Below are positions 18,997-31,200 of a DNA stretch of 64,000 nt, piece by piece (the first letter of the stretch is position 1; the number at the start of each line of letters is the position of its first letter). The stretch is taken from NCBI GenBank assembly GCA_963727825.1, contig CAVSHO010000011.1, positions 288,001 through 352,000 on the forward strand, given 5' to 3'. This DNA comes from Ignavibacteriota bacterium. Lineage in GTDB: Bacteria; Bacteroidota; Ignavibacteria; UBA10030. Under the pieces are notes generated by a model. The model was not told the origin of the DNA, made no database searches, and saw only the letters and a list, made by a program, of their open reading frames with translations. Made by a program: the position numbers and the translations under genes.

Positions 18997-19890
18997 ATGG
19001 CGACACAAACAAAGTTTCGAGGTACTGCAACAGCAATCATCACACCTTTTAAAAAAGACGGTTCAATAGACGAAGCTGCATTGCAACGTTTTGTGGATTT
19101 TCAAATTAAGGGCGGCGTTGAAGCTCTTGTACCATTAGGAACAACCGGTGAGTACTCAACACTTAGTATGAAAGAGCAGCAGAGAGTAATTGAAATTGTG
19201 ATCGAACAAGCAAATAGGCGTGTAAAAATCTTTGCCGGAGCAGGAAGCAACAATACCGCCGAGGTGATTGAGAAAGCACGTTTCGTCAAACAAGCCGGCG
19301 CAGATGCAGCGCTAGTCGTTGGTCCATATTATAATAAGCCGACACAGAATGGATATTTTCAACATTTCAAAGCTATATCCGATGCAGTTGACATTCCGAT
19401 TATCGTTTATAATGTTCCGGGACGAACAAGCGGAAATATTGAAGCTGCTACATTACTGCGTATGGCAGAAGAGATACCGAATGTCGTTATGGTAAAAGAG
19501 GCTTCCGGTAATATGGCACAGGTTATGGAAATCGCCCGCAACAAACCGATGAATTTTTCGCTTCTTTCCGGTGATGATGCACTTGCCTATTCAATAATCG
19601 CTCTTGGCGGCGACGGATGTATCTCAGTCGTTTCAAATGAAGTGCCAAAAGATTATTCCCAACTAATGCGTTTATGCTTGAAGGGTGAATGGACAGAAGC
19701 GCTTCAGCTTCATTATCGCCTGCTTCCACTAATGAACATCAATTTTATTGAGTCAAGTCCGATTCCGGTAAAAACTGCACTCGCGATGATGGGAATGATT
19801 GAAGAATCTTTCCGCTTGCCTATGGTACCTATCACAGAACCGAGCCGCGCAAAGTTAAAAAAGGTGCTCGAAGATTTAAAGTTGGTGTGA
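18997..19890 (+). CDS. dapA: 4-hydroxy-tetrahydrodipicolinate synthase
   Basis: GTTGE, PYYNKP, YNVPGRT, KEASG, SGDD. Confidence 0.97.
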   Translation: MATQTKFRGTATAIITPFKKDGSIDEAALQRFVDFQIKGGVEALVPLGTTGEYSTLSMKEQQRVIEIVIEQANRRVKIFAGAGSNNTAEVIEKARFVKQAGADAALVVGPYYNKPTQNGYFQHFKAISDAVDIPIIVYNVPGRTSGNIEAATLLRMAEEIPNVVMVKEASGNMAQVMEIARNKPMNFSLLSGDDALAYSIIALGGDGCISVVSNEVPKDYSQLMRLCLKGEWTEALQLHYRLLPLMNINFIESSPIPVKTALAMMGMIEESFRLPMVPITEPSRAKLKKVLEDLKLV

Positions 19891-19900
19891 GGTATTAATC

Positions 19901-19956
19901 AACTTTGTCAAGGTTTAACTTGCCCGCCTTTTTTTTGCGGAAACCTTGACAAAGTT
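19901..19956. repeat. REP-like palindrome with a 24-nt insert; could also act as a terminator
   Basis: Perfect 16-bp arms AACTTTGTCAAGGTTT / AAACCTTGACAAAGTT, similar to the RAYT flanks, between convergent genes. Confidence 0.8.
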
Positions 19957-19981
19957 TTCGAAGCTATCTTCCTCACTATCC

Positions 19982-20749
19982 TCAAGAATGTTCTCGTGTC
20001 AATAGGAGAGTTTCCGCTTCTCTTAATTGTGCTACTGTGTTAATACCAAGAACCTCGTCAACATAGGTCGCCTTCAAGGCAGAGACTTTCCAATTACGCT
20101 TCCAGAAATATTCGAATACGTCTGTTAGATAATATTCCTTCTGCACATTGTGCGGTGTAATATGTTGCAGACTCTCGAATAACTTTTGCTTATCAAAGAG
20201 ATAGATGCCTGAATTAATTTCCTTCGTTCGACGCTCTTCTTCCGTTGCGTCCTTGTGCTCGATGATTTTCTTCACAGAATCATCATTGTTTCTTATGATA
20301 CGACCATATCCTGTTGGGTCATCCATGTGTGCAGTAAGTATAGTGGCAGCCGCATGTGTTTGAAAGTGCTGTTCGATGAGTTGCTGTATAGTTTCAGCAG
20401 TTAAGAGCGGAACATCCCCAGAAAGCACGATCACATCTCCATTAAAATCCTTTAGCGCAGTTTCAGTTTGCATTACAGCATGTCCGGTACCAAGCTGTTC
20501 GGCTTGTAAGGCAATCTCTATATTTGGATGCGATTCGCAAATATAACTTTTTACTACTTCGCTTCGATATCCAACAATAACAACAACACGATCTGCTTTG
20601 AGATCATATGCAAGGTCAACGACATATTCAATCATCGGCTTGCCATGGAGTTCATACATAACTTTGGCTCTGGAAGGATCCTTCATGCGTGTACCTTTGC
20701 CCGCCGCCATAATCACTACTGCAAGATCATGTTTCTTTTCTGTTTTCAG
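19982..20749 (-). CDS. Stand-alone GlmU N-terminal-like sugar-phosphate nucleotidyltransferase
   Basis: DLAVVIMAAGKGTRM, QLGTGHA, SGDVPL, GYGRI, EINSGIY, EYYLTD; no hexapeptide acetyltransferase half; probable CTG start at 20749 (ORF track starts at 20716). Confidence 0.85.
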   Translation of the reverse strand: MKTEKKHDLAVVIMAAGKGTRMKDPSRAKVMYELHGKPMIEYVVDLAYDLKADRVVVIVGYRSEVVKSYICESHPNIEIALQAEQLGTGHAVMQTETALKDFNGDVIVLSGDVPLLTAETIQQLIEQHFQTHAAATILTAHMDDPTGYGRIIRNNDDSVKKIIEHKDATEEERRTKEINSGIYLFDKQKLFESLQHITPHNVQKEYYLTDVFEYFWKRNWKVSALKATYVDEVLGINTVAQLREAETLLLTREHS

Positions 20750-20759
20750 TGCTAATTCC

Positions 20760-21623
20760 TTATTTTACCTGTATGCGTATATTATCAATAAGCCTCGTTT
20801 TGCCAAAATGTACTGCAAGCGCTACGAGCACTTCCGGCGATTCAATTATTTTTACTTCCTCAAATTTTATCGGATTGACAAAAGAGATGTAATCGATTTG
20901 ACTCGGGTTTCCAGCTTTGATTATTTTTTCCATCTCAACACGAAGATCTGTTACGTTCTTTTCACCATCTTGAATACTCTGAGTAGCGTGTAGAAGCGAA
21001 CGATAAAGTACCAGTGCATTCTTACGTTCAGTTTCGCTCAGATATAAATTGCGCGAACTCAGAGCCAGCCCATCTATTTCTCTAACAATTGGAGCAATTA
21101 TGACTTCTATATCGAAATTCAAGTCTTTCACCATCTTTTGGACAATAAAAGCTTGCTGCGCATCCTTCTGGCCAAAAATCGCAATATGTGGTTTTGTGAT
21201 ATGAAAAAGTTTCGCTACAACCGTAGTTACTCCTCGAAAGTGTGTCGGGCGAAATGTCCCCTCTAATATCGTTGAAGCTTTATCAACTTCCACTTTACTG
21301 TCAAATTCTATCGGATACATTTCTGCAACATCTGGAAAGAAGATTAAATCTGAGCCCGCTTTTTCAGCTATTATTTTGTCGTGGTCAATGTCGCGAGGAT
21401 AACGATTGAAGTCTTCATTCGGAGCGAACTGAGTTGGATTAACAAAAATTGTGGTAACAACGATATCTGCACGAGAACGAGCGAGTTCAATTAGACTTTC
21501 ATGTCCGCGATGTAAATATCCCATTGTCGGAACCACGGCAATATTCTTTCCTTCGCGTCGAAACCGTTCAGCGACATTCTGCATCTCCCTTATCTTTGTT
21601 ACAATTTGAATTGACAACAACAA
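20760..21623 (-). CDS. panC: Pantoate-beta-alanine ligase
   Basis: VPTMGYLHRGH, FVNPTQF, FGQKDAQQ, GLALSSRN, RLIDN. Confidence 0.97.
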   Translation of the reverse strand: MLLSIQIVTKIREMQNVAERFRREGKNIAVVPTMGYLHRGHESLIELARSRADIVVTTIFVNPTQFAPNEDFNRYPRDIDHDKIIAEKAGSDLIFFPDVAEMYPIEFDSKVEVDKASTILEGTFRPTHFRGVTTVVAKLFHITKPHIAIFGQKDAQQAFIVQKMVKDLNFDIEVIIAPIVREIDGLALSSRNLYLSETERKNALVLYRSLLHATQSIQDGEKNVTDLRVEMEKIIKAGNPSQIDYISFVNPIKFEEVKIIESPEVLVALAVHFGKTRLIDNIRIQVK

Positions 21624-21631
21624 CCTCTTTT

Positions 21632-22474
21632 TTATCCTACAAGATTCCGAATCACCTTGGTAATTGTTTCTTTGAGTTCTTTACGATGAACAACAAGATC
21701 AACAAATCCTTTATCCATCAAGAACTCTGATCGCTGAAATCCTTTTGGCAAATCTTTTCCTATTGTTTGTTTAATAACGCGCGGACCTGCAAATCCGATA
21801 AGCGCTGCAGGCTCAGCAATGTGTACATCGCCTAACATTGCAAAGCTTGCAGTCACACCACCTGTCGTTGGGTCTGTGAGCACAGATATGTATGGTACAC
21901 CTGCATCGGAAAGTTGTGCAAGTTTTGCGCTCATTTTAGCCATCTGCATTAATGACAATGCACCTTCCTGCATTCTTGCACCGCCAGTAGAAGATATGAC
22001 AATTAACGGTTGTCTTTTTTTGCGCGCGGTATCTGCAGCACGTGCAATTTTTTCTCCTACAACAGAACCCATGCTTCCGCCGATAAAGGCAAAATCCATG
22101 CAAGCAATCACTACTGGAATCCCGTTTATCATTCCTTCGCCGGTTCTCACAGCATCGTAAAGACCGATTTTTTTGATTGTCGTTTCCACACGGCTTGCAT
22201 ACGATTTTGTATCGGTGAACTTCAGCGGGTCTACAGAACGCATTTTTTTATTCATCTCTTTGAATGTGCCATCGTCGAGCAGTATATTGAAATATTCTTT
22301 GCTTCCGATACGAAAATGGAAATTACATTTTGGGCATGTATAAAGATTTTGATCTAATTGTTTTTTATGGATAATTTCACTGCATCCGCTGCACTTCGTC
22401 CACATGCCATCAGGGATGTCTTTTTTCTGACCATCCGATGAAATATTTTCTTTTGATCGCTTAAACCAAGCCAT
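21632..22474 (-). CDS. accD: Acetyl-CoA carboxylase carboxyltransferase beta subunit
   Basis: Zn finger CSGC...CPKC; FIGGSMGSVVGEK; GGARMQEG; GFAGPRVI; GGAG RBS before ATG at 22474. Confidence 0.97.
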   Translation of the reverse strand: MAWFKRSKENISSDGQKKDIPDGMWTKCSGCSEIIHKKQLDQNLYTCPKCNFHFRIGSKEYFNILLDDGTFKEMNKKMRSVDPLKFTDTKSYASRVETTIKKIGLYDAVRTGEGMINGIPVVIACMDFAFIGGSMGSVVGEKIARAADTARKKRQPLIVISSTGGARMQEGALSLMQMAKMSAKLAQLSDAGVPYISVLTDPTTGGVTASFAMLGDVHIAEPAALIGFAGPRVIKQTIGKDLPKGFQRSEFLMDKGFVDLVVHRKELKETITKVIRNLVG

Positions 22475-22499
22475 TGTAATCTCCTTCAACTACCGTGCA

Positions 22500-23183
22500 T
22501 CATTTTCCCAATTTTGTTTGATTCCGGACAACGAAGTCTTTCAAATATATCGGTTCCAATTGTTCCCATATATTTCTTTTTCCATCATTCCATCTTTCGC
22601 CCGCCATACGCGCTACAATATCCCCCCGACAATACGAAAATACATCATCGACAATTATAGAATCGCTCAATTTCGTTTTCACTTCGTCAACGCGGTCTGT
22701 TACTATCAATGTTTTTAGGGATGCTGCAGCAGGTATCGATGAAATACTTCCAATTTGCACAGGCCGCACTTCACGTACATCTCCGTTATTAAGTTCGTAC
22801 ACTCCAATATAATACTCTCTCTGCTTTGCATCAATGCACACAATGACTTGCGTATACTCCGATTGTGACAATGCTGCACTTCTTGCAATAGATGAGAATG
22901 TCGACACTGCAATAAGCGGTTTTTCAAGCGCAAAGCATAATCCTTTTGCGGTACTCAATCCAATGCGAAGTCCGGTAAAAGAACCGGGACCTATCGAGAT
23001 TGCGATACCATCCAACTGCGCAAGTCTAATCTTTTGTGCATCGCATAATTCTTGAATTAGTGTTAACAGTTTTTCTGAATGAATATGTGACTCAACAAGC
23101 GATCTTTCCGACTGCGATCCAAATTCGTTTGCTAATCCTACAGAACAAACTGCCGTTGATGTCTCAATACCAAGAATCGTCAT
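22500..23183 (-). CDS. tsaB: tRNA t6A biosynthesis protein TsaB
   Basis: [28 protein letters not shown]. Confidence 0.95.
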   Translation of the reverse strand: MTILGIETSTAVCSVGLANEFGSQSERSLVESHIHSEKLLTLIQELCDAQKIRLAQLDGIAISIGPGSFTGLRIGLSTAKGLCFALEKPLIAVSTFSSIARSAALSQSEYTQVIVCIDAKQREYYIGVYELNNGDVREVRPVQIGSISSIPAAASLKTLIVTDRVDEVKTKLSDSIIVDDVFSYCRGDIVARMAGERWNDGKRNIWEQLEPIYLKDFVVRNQTKLGK

Positions 23184-23629
23184 TACTTTTGGACTCCAGC
23201 AATTTTAATACAGCGCTCGTTCTCATTCGTACCAAAAGAAAAACGAACGTCGTACCGTTGCTTCGGTAATAATTCCCCTAGCATCTCCGCCCATTCGATA
23301 AGACAGATACCATCACTCTGAAGAAATTCTTCATAGCCAAGGTCATATATTTCCACGAGCGATTTAACACGATAGAGATCGAAATGATACAATAGAATCT
23401 CGCTTTGGCGCTCATCCATTCCATCATACCGATTTAGGATGACAAAAGATGGGCTTGTTGCGACCGTACGTGTCTTGAATGCTTGACACACACCTTTAAC
23501 AAACTGTGTCTTCCCGCTTCCCAGTTCACCAAACAGTGTTATAACATCACCACGCCGCAATCTATCAGCGAAAGCTCGCGCAAAAGCAATTGTTTCTTCT
23601 GCCGATTCAGTTGTGCGAGTTTCGCTCAT
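23183..23629 (-). CDS. tsaE: tRNA t6A biosynthesis ATPase TsaE
   Basis: GELGSGKT, TSPSF, HFDLYR, IEWAE. Confidence 0.95.
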   Translation of the reverse strand: MSETRTTESAEETIAFARAFADRLRRGDVITLFGELGSGKTQFVKGVCQAFKTRTVATSPSFVILNRYDGMDERQSEILLYHFDLYRVKSLVEIYDLGYEEFLQSDGICLIEWAEMLGELLPKQRYDVRFSFGTNENERCIKIAGVQK

Positions 23630-25191
23630 TTTGGCTCAAACTTCACGATCGGGAGAATCATTTCTTGCATCGAAATACCGCCGTGCTGGAAGCTATCTCT
23701 GTAATAATTTAGATATTTGTGATACTCCGTCGGATAAACGAAATAATAATCTTCTTTCGCCATTATATAATTTGTAGTGACACTACCTCGTGGTAGTTTA
23801 TAATCAACCGGACTCTTGATAAATACTGCCTGTTTTTCGTCCACCTTAAGATTTCTGCCAAATTTATATCGCAGATTTGATGACGCTTCTCGATCTCCGA
23901 CAACTTTCGACCCACGCATACACCGGACACTTCCGTGATCTGTAGTAAGAATAATTTTAACATTTTTCTGCGAAGCAAGTGTCTTAAGCATACCAAATAG
24001 AGATGAATGTTGAAACCATGATCGAGTTAGAGAACGATAAGCCGGCTCGTCAGGCGCGATCTCTTTTAGGAGCGGCGAGTCTGATCGCCCATGAGCGAGC
24101 ATATCGATAAAATTCACAACAACTGCCGTGAGACGGCTTTGTGTATAAGAAATGATGTTTCCCTCGAATTGCCTGCCAAAGTCTGAATCCAATATTTTCA
24201 CGTACTTTGATTCCGGCTTCAATACAATACGCCTTCGTTCTAAGAGTCTGTCCATTAACTGATGTTCGTATCGGTTGCGGCTGTTTTCGTCGTCGTCATC
24301 TTCAGAAGACCATATTTCAGGGTATCGTTTTTCTATATCGATAGGAAAGTATCCGCTAAAAATCGCATTGCGGGAATATGGCGTAGCTGTCGGCAAAATA
24401 CTGAAGTAATATTGTTTTTCAAATGTATAATATTCTGATAATAGTTCTTCCAAAATCAACCATTGGTCAAGCCGCAAGCAATCAATAACGAAGAAGAAGA
24501 CAGAAGTGTGATCGTTCAATTCGGGGAGCACGCAGCGTTCCATAACATCGGGCGAAAGCATAATCGGACGTTTTGTGTCCTCAATCCACTTGCGATAGTT
24601 CCGTTCGACGAATTTTCCAAACTCGGCATTGCATTCGCGTTTTTGATCCTGAAGTGTCTGCCTTAATCCCAATTCTGGATGTGCATCTAATTCCATGTCC
24701 CAATTTGTTAGCTTTAGATATAGGTCAATCCATTCTTCTTCCCCAAGCAAAGTATTCAGTGTAAGACTGATATTTTGAAATTCTTTTATATAGTCGCGTG
24801 AGATGTACGCACTTGATATTTTTTTTGACTCAAATATTTTCTTGCATGCCATAAGAATCTGGCTGGGATTCACTGGCTTTACTAAATAATCTGTAATTTT
24901 ACTGCCGATGGCTTCTTCCATTAGACTCTCTGCTTCGCTTTTTGTAACCATTACTACCGGAAGCGTTGGTGAGATATCTTTCATTGCCGAAAGAGTTTGT
25001 AAGCCTCCTAAGCCGGGCATCATCTCATCGAGGAAAACAAGGTCATAACCATTATTCTTCACTAACTCGATCGCATCCTCGCCATTAGTCGCCGTATCGA
25101 CTTGATATCCCTTCTGTTCCAATAACCTCAGATGAGGACGCAATAAGTCAATTTCATCATCGACCCAAAGTATTTTTTTTGAAGTTTCCAT
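23626..25191 (-). CDS. porX: PorX-type response regulator with PglZ/alkaline phosphatase domain
   Basis: ILWVDDEID REC domain; IDCLRLDQW, ILPTATPYSRNAIF, TTDHG, FQHGGIS. Confidence 0.9.
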   Translation of the reverse strand: METSKKILWVDDEIDLLRPHLRLLEQKGYQVDTATNGEDAIELVKNNGYDLVFLDEMMPGLGGLQTLSAMKDISPTLPVVMVTKSEAESLMEEAIGSKITDYLVKPVNPSQILMACKKIFESKKISSAYISRDYIKEFQNISLTLNTLLGEEEWIDLYLKLTNWDMELDAHPELGLRQTLQDQKRECNAEFGKFVERNYRKWIEDTKRPIMLSPDVMERCVLPELNDHTSVFFFVIDCLRLDQWLILEELLSEYYTFEKQYYFSILPTATPYSRNAIFSGYFPIDIEKRYPEIWSSEDDDDENSRNRYEHQLMDRLLERRRIVLKPESKYVKILDSDFGRQFEGNIISYTQSRLTAVVVNFIDMLAHGRSDSPLLKEIAPDEPAYRSLTRSWFQHSSLFGMLKTLASQKNVKIILTTDHGSVRCMRGSKVVGDREASSNLRYKFGRNLKVDEKQAVFIKSPVDYKLPRGSVTTNYIMAKEDYYFVYPTEYHKYLNYYRDSFQHGGISMQEMILPIVKFEPK

Positions 25192-25246
25192 TTAGACCTT
25201 AAGTAAAGTACCACTTACACACGCGAGAATCAACGCGAGAAATGGA

Positions 25247-28200
25247 TTATTGAATAAGTACGTGAACATCTAATCCGCCTTCATTGGTTGTGGATCCTGG
25301 AGTTGTAGATCCGCCAGCATCCGGGGCAAGTCTTGTATAACGATAATAGACAGAAGCCGTAACACGCTCACTTAACGTGTAGCGGATACGCGGTTCTATT
25401 GTTGTGCGGCCTAAACCACCCATCGGTAAGCCGTCTTTTTGGAAATTGTTGAAATCGAAGAGCACGCTGGTGTTATGTGAATAGCCATAGTTAATAGTAA
25501 TATCTATATTATTCATAAGCGATATCCCAAAAAAAGGAAGCTCAAATCCCTGTCTGCTATAGGTTGCTGTAGCAGAAATATCTGAGGTTGATGTTTCAGT
25601 TGCATTTTGAGAAGACGGTACAAGATCATACGAGGTTGTTGTACCGTACCGAAACGTTGTACTCAAGTTTCCTTTAATTATATCTTTAAATGTTATATTT
25701 ATACCGATTAATGGAGAAAATCCATACGTAACCGTTTCACTTGTTGTTGCTTCAGTCATGCTAGTCATCCCAGTAATCGGATCTGTAGTTGGTGTCATTT
25801 GCCATCGCTGTTTAAAATCTGATGTATAGGCATTATCGAGCGAGATGCGCGACACAAAACTTTTCAAAAAACTAATATTTTCTAATCCATCCCAATGGAT
25901 TGACCAGTTAGCGCGTGGAGCAAGCGAACCCAGGATTTTTGACAACCAAGGGAGAGTTTCCATTCCCTGCTCAAAAGCTTGAGATAACTTTGAAGCATCA
26001 TCGCGTGTATCATTCACATCTTGCTTCATTCCATTAAATATATTGTTCACATTATCAAGATTCGTTTTTAAAAATGGCAGCGAGATATACGAACGATCCA
26101 GGTCTCCGCTAACAGTATTGCTTATCGAGCTTGGTATGATATGACCCAGTGAGTCCGTAGTACTGGTTCTGTTTTCGCTATAAGTCCACCCTACCTTCCA
26201 ATCCAATTGAATTGTTGCGCCTGTCCATAACGGTCTCGATGTATGTATAGCAATCTGATTATTCTGTGAAAACGCATCAGTAATATTCGCATTAGCAGCA
26301 CGAATACCCGGTATTGTATCTGTGTAACCGTAGAAGAACGGAAATGTTCCTTTCGTTTTCAGCACCAACTCGCCATTCGGATCTGAGATTAATCCGAATT
26401 GGTACAAAAACTTTGGCCCATTTTCGTCCAATGACGACTGAAAAAATGGAGCTCGTGCAAATATATTGGCAAATCCCGAACCTCCAAGCACACCACTGTT
26501 TTGTGCTGTGTTCGACTGTGTGAAACTAAAACTGAATTTCTCAAAATCGAAGATAGTATTCTTGAACACGATGCGCGATATGCGATCGAATTGCTTCAAT
26601 AGATTGAATGGGCTTCCCTTTTTGCTAGTGTCCACATTTGTTGGTGCTGGGGCTTGTACCTGCGTCGGTGACCAAATGGCATCTGTGATTGGTTTCAGAT
26701 TAACATCTAGCGAGAGCGAAGGCGCATTGCTCCAGCCGGCACTGCGGCCAATAGGGCCCGCCTGTAAATTGTTCGTCCAATTATAGTTCACAGAATAATG
26801 CAGATTTGGCGTAAAAATCTTATCTAACATTAGTGCCTCCGGCGCTGTCACTTTCGTATTTAAAGTAATTGCCTGTCCATAGTTTTGATCGATGCCAAAG
26901 TTAATCAGCCTATCACTAAAAAATATATCATTGAGAATATCCGAAAATGAACGCTGGTTTCCGTATCGATCTGTTTCAAAACGCACAAGAGTGCTCCCGA
27001 TATTAACATTATAGTTAACACCAAGATCAAACAATCCGCCTTTAAAGAATTGCCAAGTGAAATCCATCGACCGCTGCGCACTTAAATTGCGCACTGTATC
27101 ATTTCCAGTCTCTTGGGAACGGTCCTTTGACCACGATTGGCTACGGCTAAGAGTTGCACCAAAATTCAATATTTGAGGCGTGAAAAAGAATTTTAAGGTT
27201 CCCAACGAAAGATAATTATTCGGATTGAACTGCGTCCCATATTTGAGATTCGCGTTCCAACCCCATGCATTCGCATATTCAGTTGATGGATTACGTTGGA
27301 AAGACTTTGTATAGTTGTATCCAAAGGACATTTTATTGATCGTTTCCGATACAAGCCAAGTTTTAATTGGAATGTTGAACTTTAACATAGGCACGGAATA
27401 AGAATCCGTGATGCTCATAGTTTCAGATTGACTCCGCACAGAATCTGCATTTGCGTACTGAGCCGCTTTTTCTACTAAAATATCTGTGCCCGGAAGATAT
27501 AGCGGTTGGTCAATACTTTCCGCATGACTATAACTTAAGCTAAATACAGAACCGTTCCATGTCTCCGGCAAAAACTTATCAATCGCAAAAGATGTAGAAA
27601 GGCTCCAAGTCCGGTTTGTGTTGAGCGTGCCGAATTGATCTTCCAATCCGTGGAAGAATGGATCGCGCTTACTGAATGAGAATGCAATATTCCCAATGTC
27701 TGCAAGTTTTATGTTGGCATCCACCTTATACGCCCACCCATGAGTATTATCCACATCAGTGAGGCGTAGTTCATCAACCCATAATTCTCCGCTAATGACC
27801 GGAGCGCCTTTATTTTCCGGATTTTTAATTCCAATAGAAATAAATTGTACTCTATCCAACCGCGGATTTCCACGAATCTGATATGTGGCGCCTGGCCATC
27901 CACCAGGTACCGCTTTCCTTGGTGAAATATTTGTGCTATCTATTAAAACTTTTAGGGCAGTAAGATCAGAGAATTTGATGACGACATCATTTCCAGTCCA
28001 GCCTGGATGTACAGGCTCACGATACTCATAATAATTTGATGTATCATCGCCAAAATGAAGGAACATTTCTGCATCATAGTTAGTTGTATCGGTATATTTA
28101 AATCTTTTATAGTTTTTAGTGGGATCATTGCCTTCTTCACCATGGACAAACATCTTTAATGTCCCATAGTGAATCATACTAATCGGATTTGTTGTCATAT

Positions 28201-31200
28201 ATTTTACTACTTCTCTGTATTGTCCATCTTGCAAATTCGGCACGATTATATCCAATGATTGCTCATTGCTAAGAACAGTCTGAGTTACTTGCGTTGGATC
28301 TTGTGTGCGAAGGTTAGGATCCGGCATAGTATAAAGCGGATCATCTTCTTCGTTCACAACACTCACTTCAAACGAAGAATCTGTTAATACCCGTTTCTGC
28401 CATTGGTTACCGACAAGATTTAGATCGACAAGGCGAAATAACAATGGCTTTCCTGCTCCTGTAACCCAAATTCGTACTCCTTCTACATTAGTAAATGTCG
28501 GTTCTCCAATCTTTCTATTATATCCGGCAAGCGGAATACGAATTTGATGCCACTTGTTATGATCGGTTCCGGTTCCGGTTCCAATTATTAAATTTTGAAA
28601 CCGGCTATCTGCTGTATCAAGAGGAACTTCATATTCAAAATAAGAATTTAATAGATCAACTTTTCCATTTCTATTCAAGTCTTCTGTATCTGGCAAATGT
28701 CCAGCATCACTAACAGAGTTTCCCTCGGTACCATCAACTCCCTCATATTGTTCAGCCATAGACGTATCAAGGGGGCTTCCATTGCCAATAGGCAGGTGGG
28801 AGAAATCATCACCTGACGGGTCGTTATTATATTCAGGATGTGTCGTTTTATAGTGATCCAAGAATTTTGAATAGTATACTCGTTCCATCGCATCATTTAT
28901 AGTATCAAGTCCCCAATCATAACTTGGATTTAAGACTCCTGTAGGAATATGCGCCGGGTTATCCAGTCCATCTTCCGTATTAAGGGTATGATTGGGAATT
29001 ACATCTTCGCTGATGTACCCGATGTCAATATTGAGCTTTGCAGAATCGTTATCCAACTTATCCGAAACAATATTAATCCAGAACTCTATGAATGCAACAT
29101 TTTGGTCTACAAGGTTAGTGGAGCTCGTGCCAAGAATATGCTGAATACCTGCCCATGATTTTTTGTGCGAATTTGGATCCGGATTATCCAATCCGATGGT
29201 ATTTTGTAAATTCATAGAATAGTTAAACTCGCCGCGCCTTTCCGGGTGAAAGTAAAAATCCAAAGACGTCACTTGATCTTGACCTTGAATATCAGTTTTA
29301 CGATTTTTATCCCAGATTGTTGAAGTAATGATATCAGTTGGGATAACATTGAACCAGCAAGCCTGAGCTTTGTACTCCATTTTTGATGTATCCGGCATGA
29401 TGCCAGATGAATATAAATCTTGTGATGTCGGAATGTAGCCTGGACCATTAATCGAGTCGTACTGAGGTATGTACGTATCTAAATTGTTAATAAACCAAGG
29501 AGCGCTTGCATCTTTCCATGCCGAATAAGTATTGCCAAGAGGGATGATTTGTTTGGCGCCCTCAAAGTCATCGATATACGCGACACTTTTACCGCCATCA
29601 CTTGAAATTGGACTGGTGCGCGTGTTCGGGTTCGGCATCATATAAGCTGCCTCGCCATGGAGAGTAATTTGTGATAATGCCGTTGTTTTAGCGCCTGGAA
29701 GATAATCCAGTGCATTAGTTAACCAGCGTGCGTCTAATGTGGTTCCGCCATCAATTCCCATAATCGTATTGCTAATTGGTTCTTCGCCAAGCCGGACTTT
29801 TTCACTTAATGATTGCTGGCTGTAATTCATAATCGTAAAACCAAGTAGAGTGTTTTTATTCAAATTGACTTCAGCACGCGCACCCAGCAGCGATTTTGAA
29901 GCAAGCTGGAACATATCGTTAGCTTCGTACTTAATTTGAATGTTACGTCCAGGGCTAAGATATGCTTGATTTCTAATAACAACCTGACCGGAGATATAAT
30001 CAACCGTGTAATCAACACCCGGTGTTGCTGACTGACCATCGACAATTACTTGCACACTTCCTTCGACAACATTATAACCAATCGAGTAACTTGCCGATTG
30101 TGCTGTTTTAACCGTGCCGCGCATATAATATAAGTTTCGCGGATCGTTCACTGCAATGGATAGGTCTTGAATATAAATTGCACCATAAGCATATTGACCC
30201 GCATACTTCTGTGCATTTTGTGCAGCATCTCCGCCATGCTTTATAAAATATTTAACCATACTTGATGAATCGAATGGTTCCACCGTTGGAAAAATAATTT
30301 CCCCCCGTGCTTCATTAATAGTAACTCCGGGAATATAATCAAATACCTTATCAGGGTTTGCTGAATTGTCTGCGCTAAACCGATCCAAACCAAGCATTTC
30401 CATAACCCCGACATTAGACGTGGTCACACTCGTTGCCGGAGTTTGACCCGGCAAATCATATTCCACATTAAATTGAAAATTCGTTTTATCTATGTTGGTC
30501 CCACCAAGAAAATATCGATTCTTCACCATCATACTCCAAGCTGGCTGTACTGTTGAACTAAGCTGCGATGGACGGACAAGTTTCAAAATAAGATTCAAAG
30601 AACTTTTTTGTGTCTGGCTCGATTGACCGATAGTTTTAATATTACCGCCATTATTTATACTATAACATACAGCGACGACTTGGTCATCTTGTGGCTGGCT
30701 TTGAAGAGAAATAATCCCAGCATATTGATCATAACTATAAGCTGATTGATCAAGTTTAATAAATTTCCCTTCTTCAACTTGTCCCGGAGTAGGAGTCCAT
30801 GTGCCTGGGATTCTGAGAGTACTATCCTTTATTGCGGAGTCTACTTTTGCCTGATCCATCAAAGCAAGAACATTTCTGAATTTTGCGGGGTCCATTTCCG
30901 TCTTTGTAGAAACCCATACTTCAATTTGAACAATCCTATTATTTTGCATATCAGAATTAATTAACGTGGGAACCTGATATACATTCTCATAAAATTTGAT
31001 GTACGATGTATCGATAAAGAAATGGCATTTGGAATAATCTGATGGACGCAACACTACCGCATTTGATTGTCCACCTCCAGAAACAGAAAGCTGTTTGATC
31101 TGTCCTTTCTTTTGAGTGGTTACAGTAGTCAAACGCAATGGTCCGATTTGAAATTTTGCCATAATTCCAAATAATGCCGAACCACCTGAAATAAATGACG

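Noticed and set aside
9213-19956. CRISPR array from the palindromic repeats
   Set aside because: Only three dispersed copies, no regular spacers and no cas genes
25221-25241. Direct repeat ACGCGAGAA x2 between sprA and porX
   Set aside because: Too short to distinguish from chance without a genome-wide search
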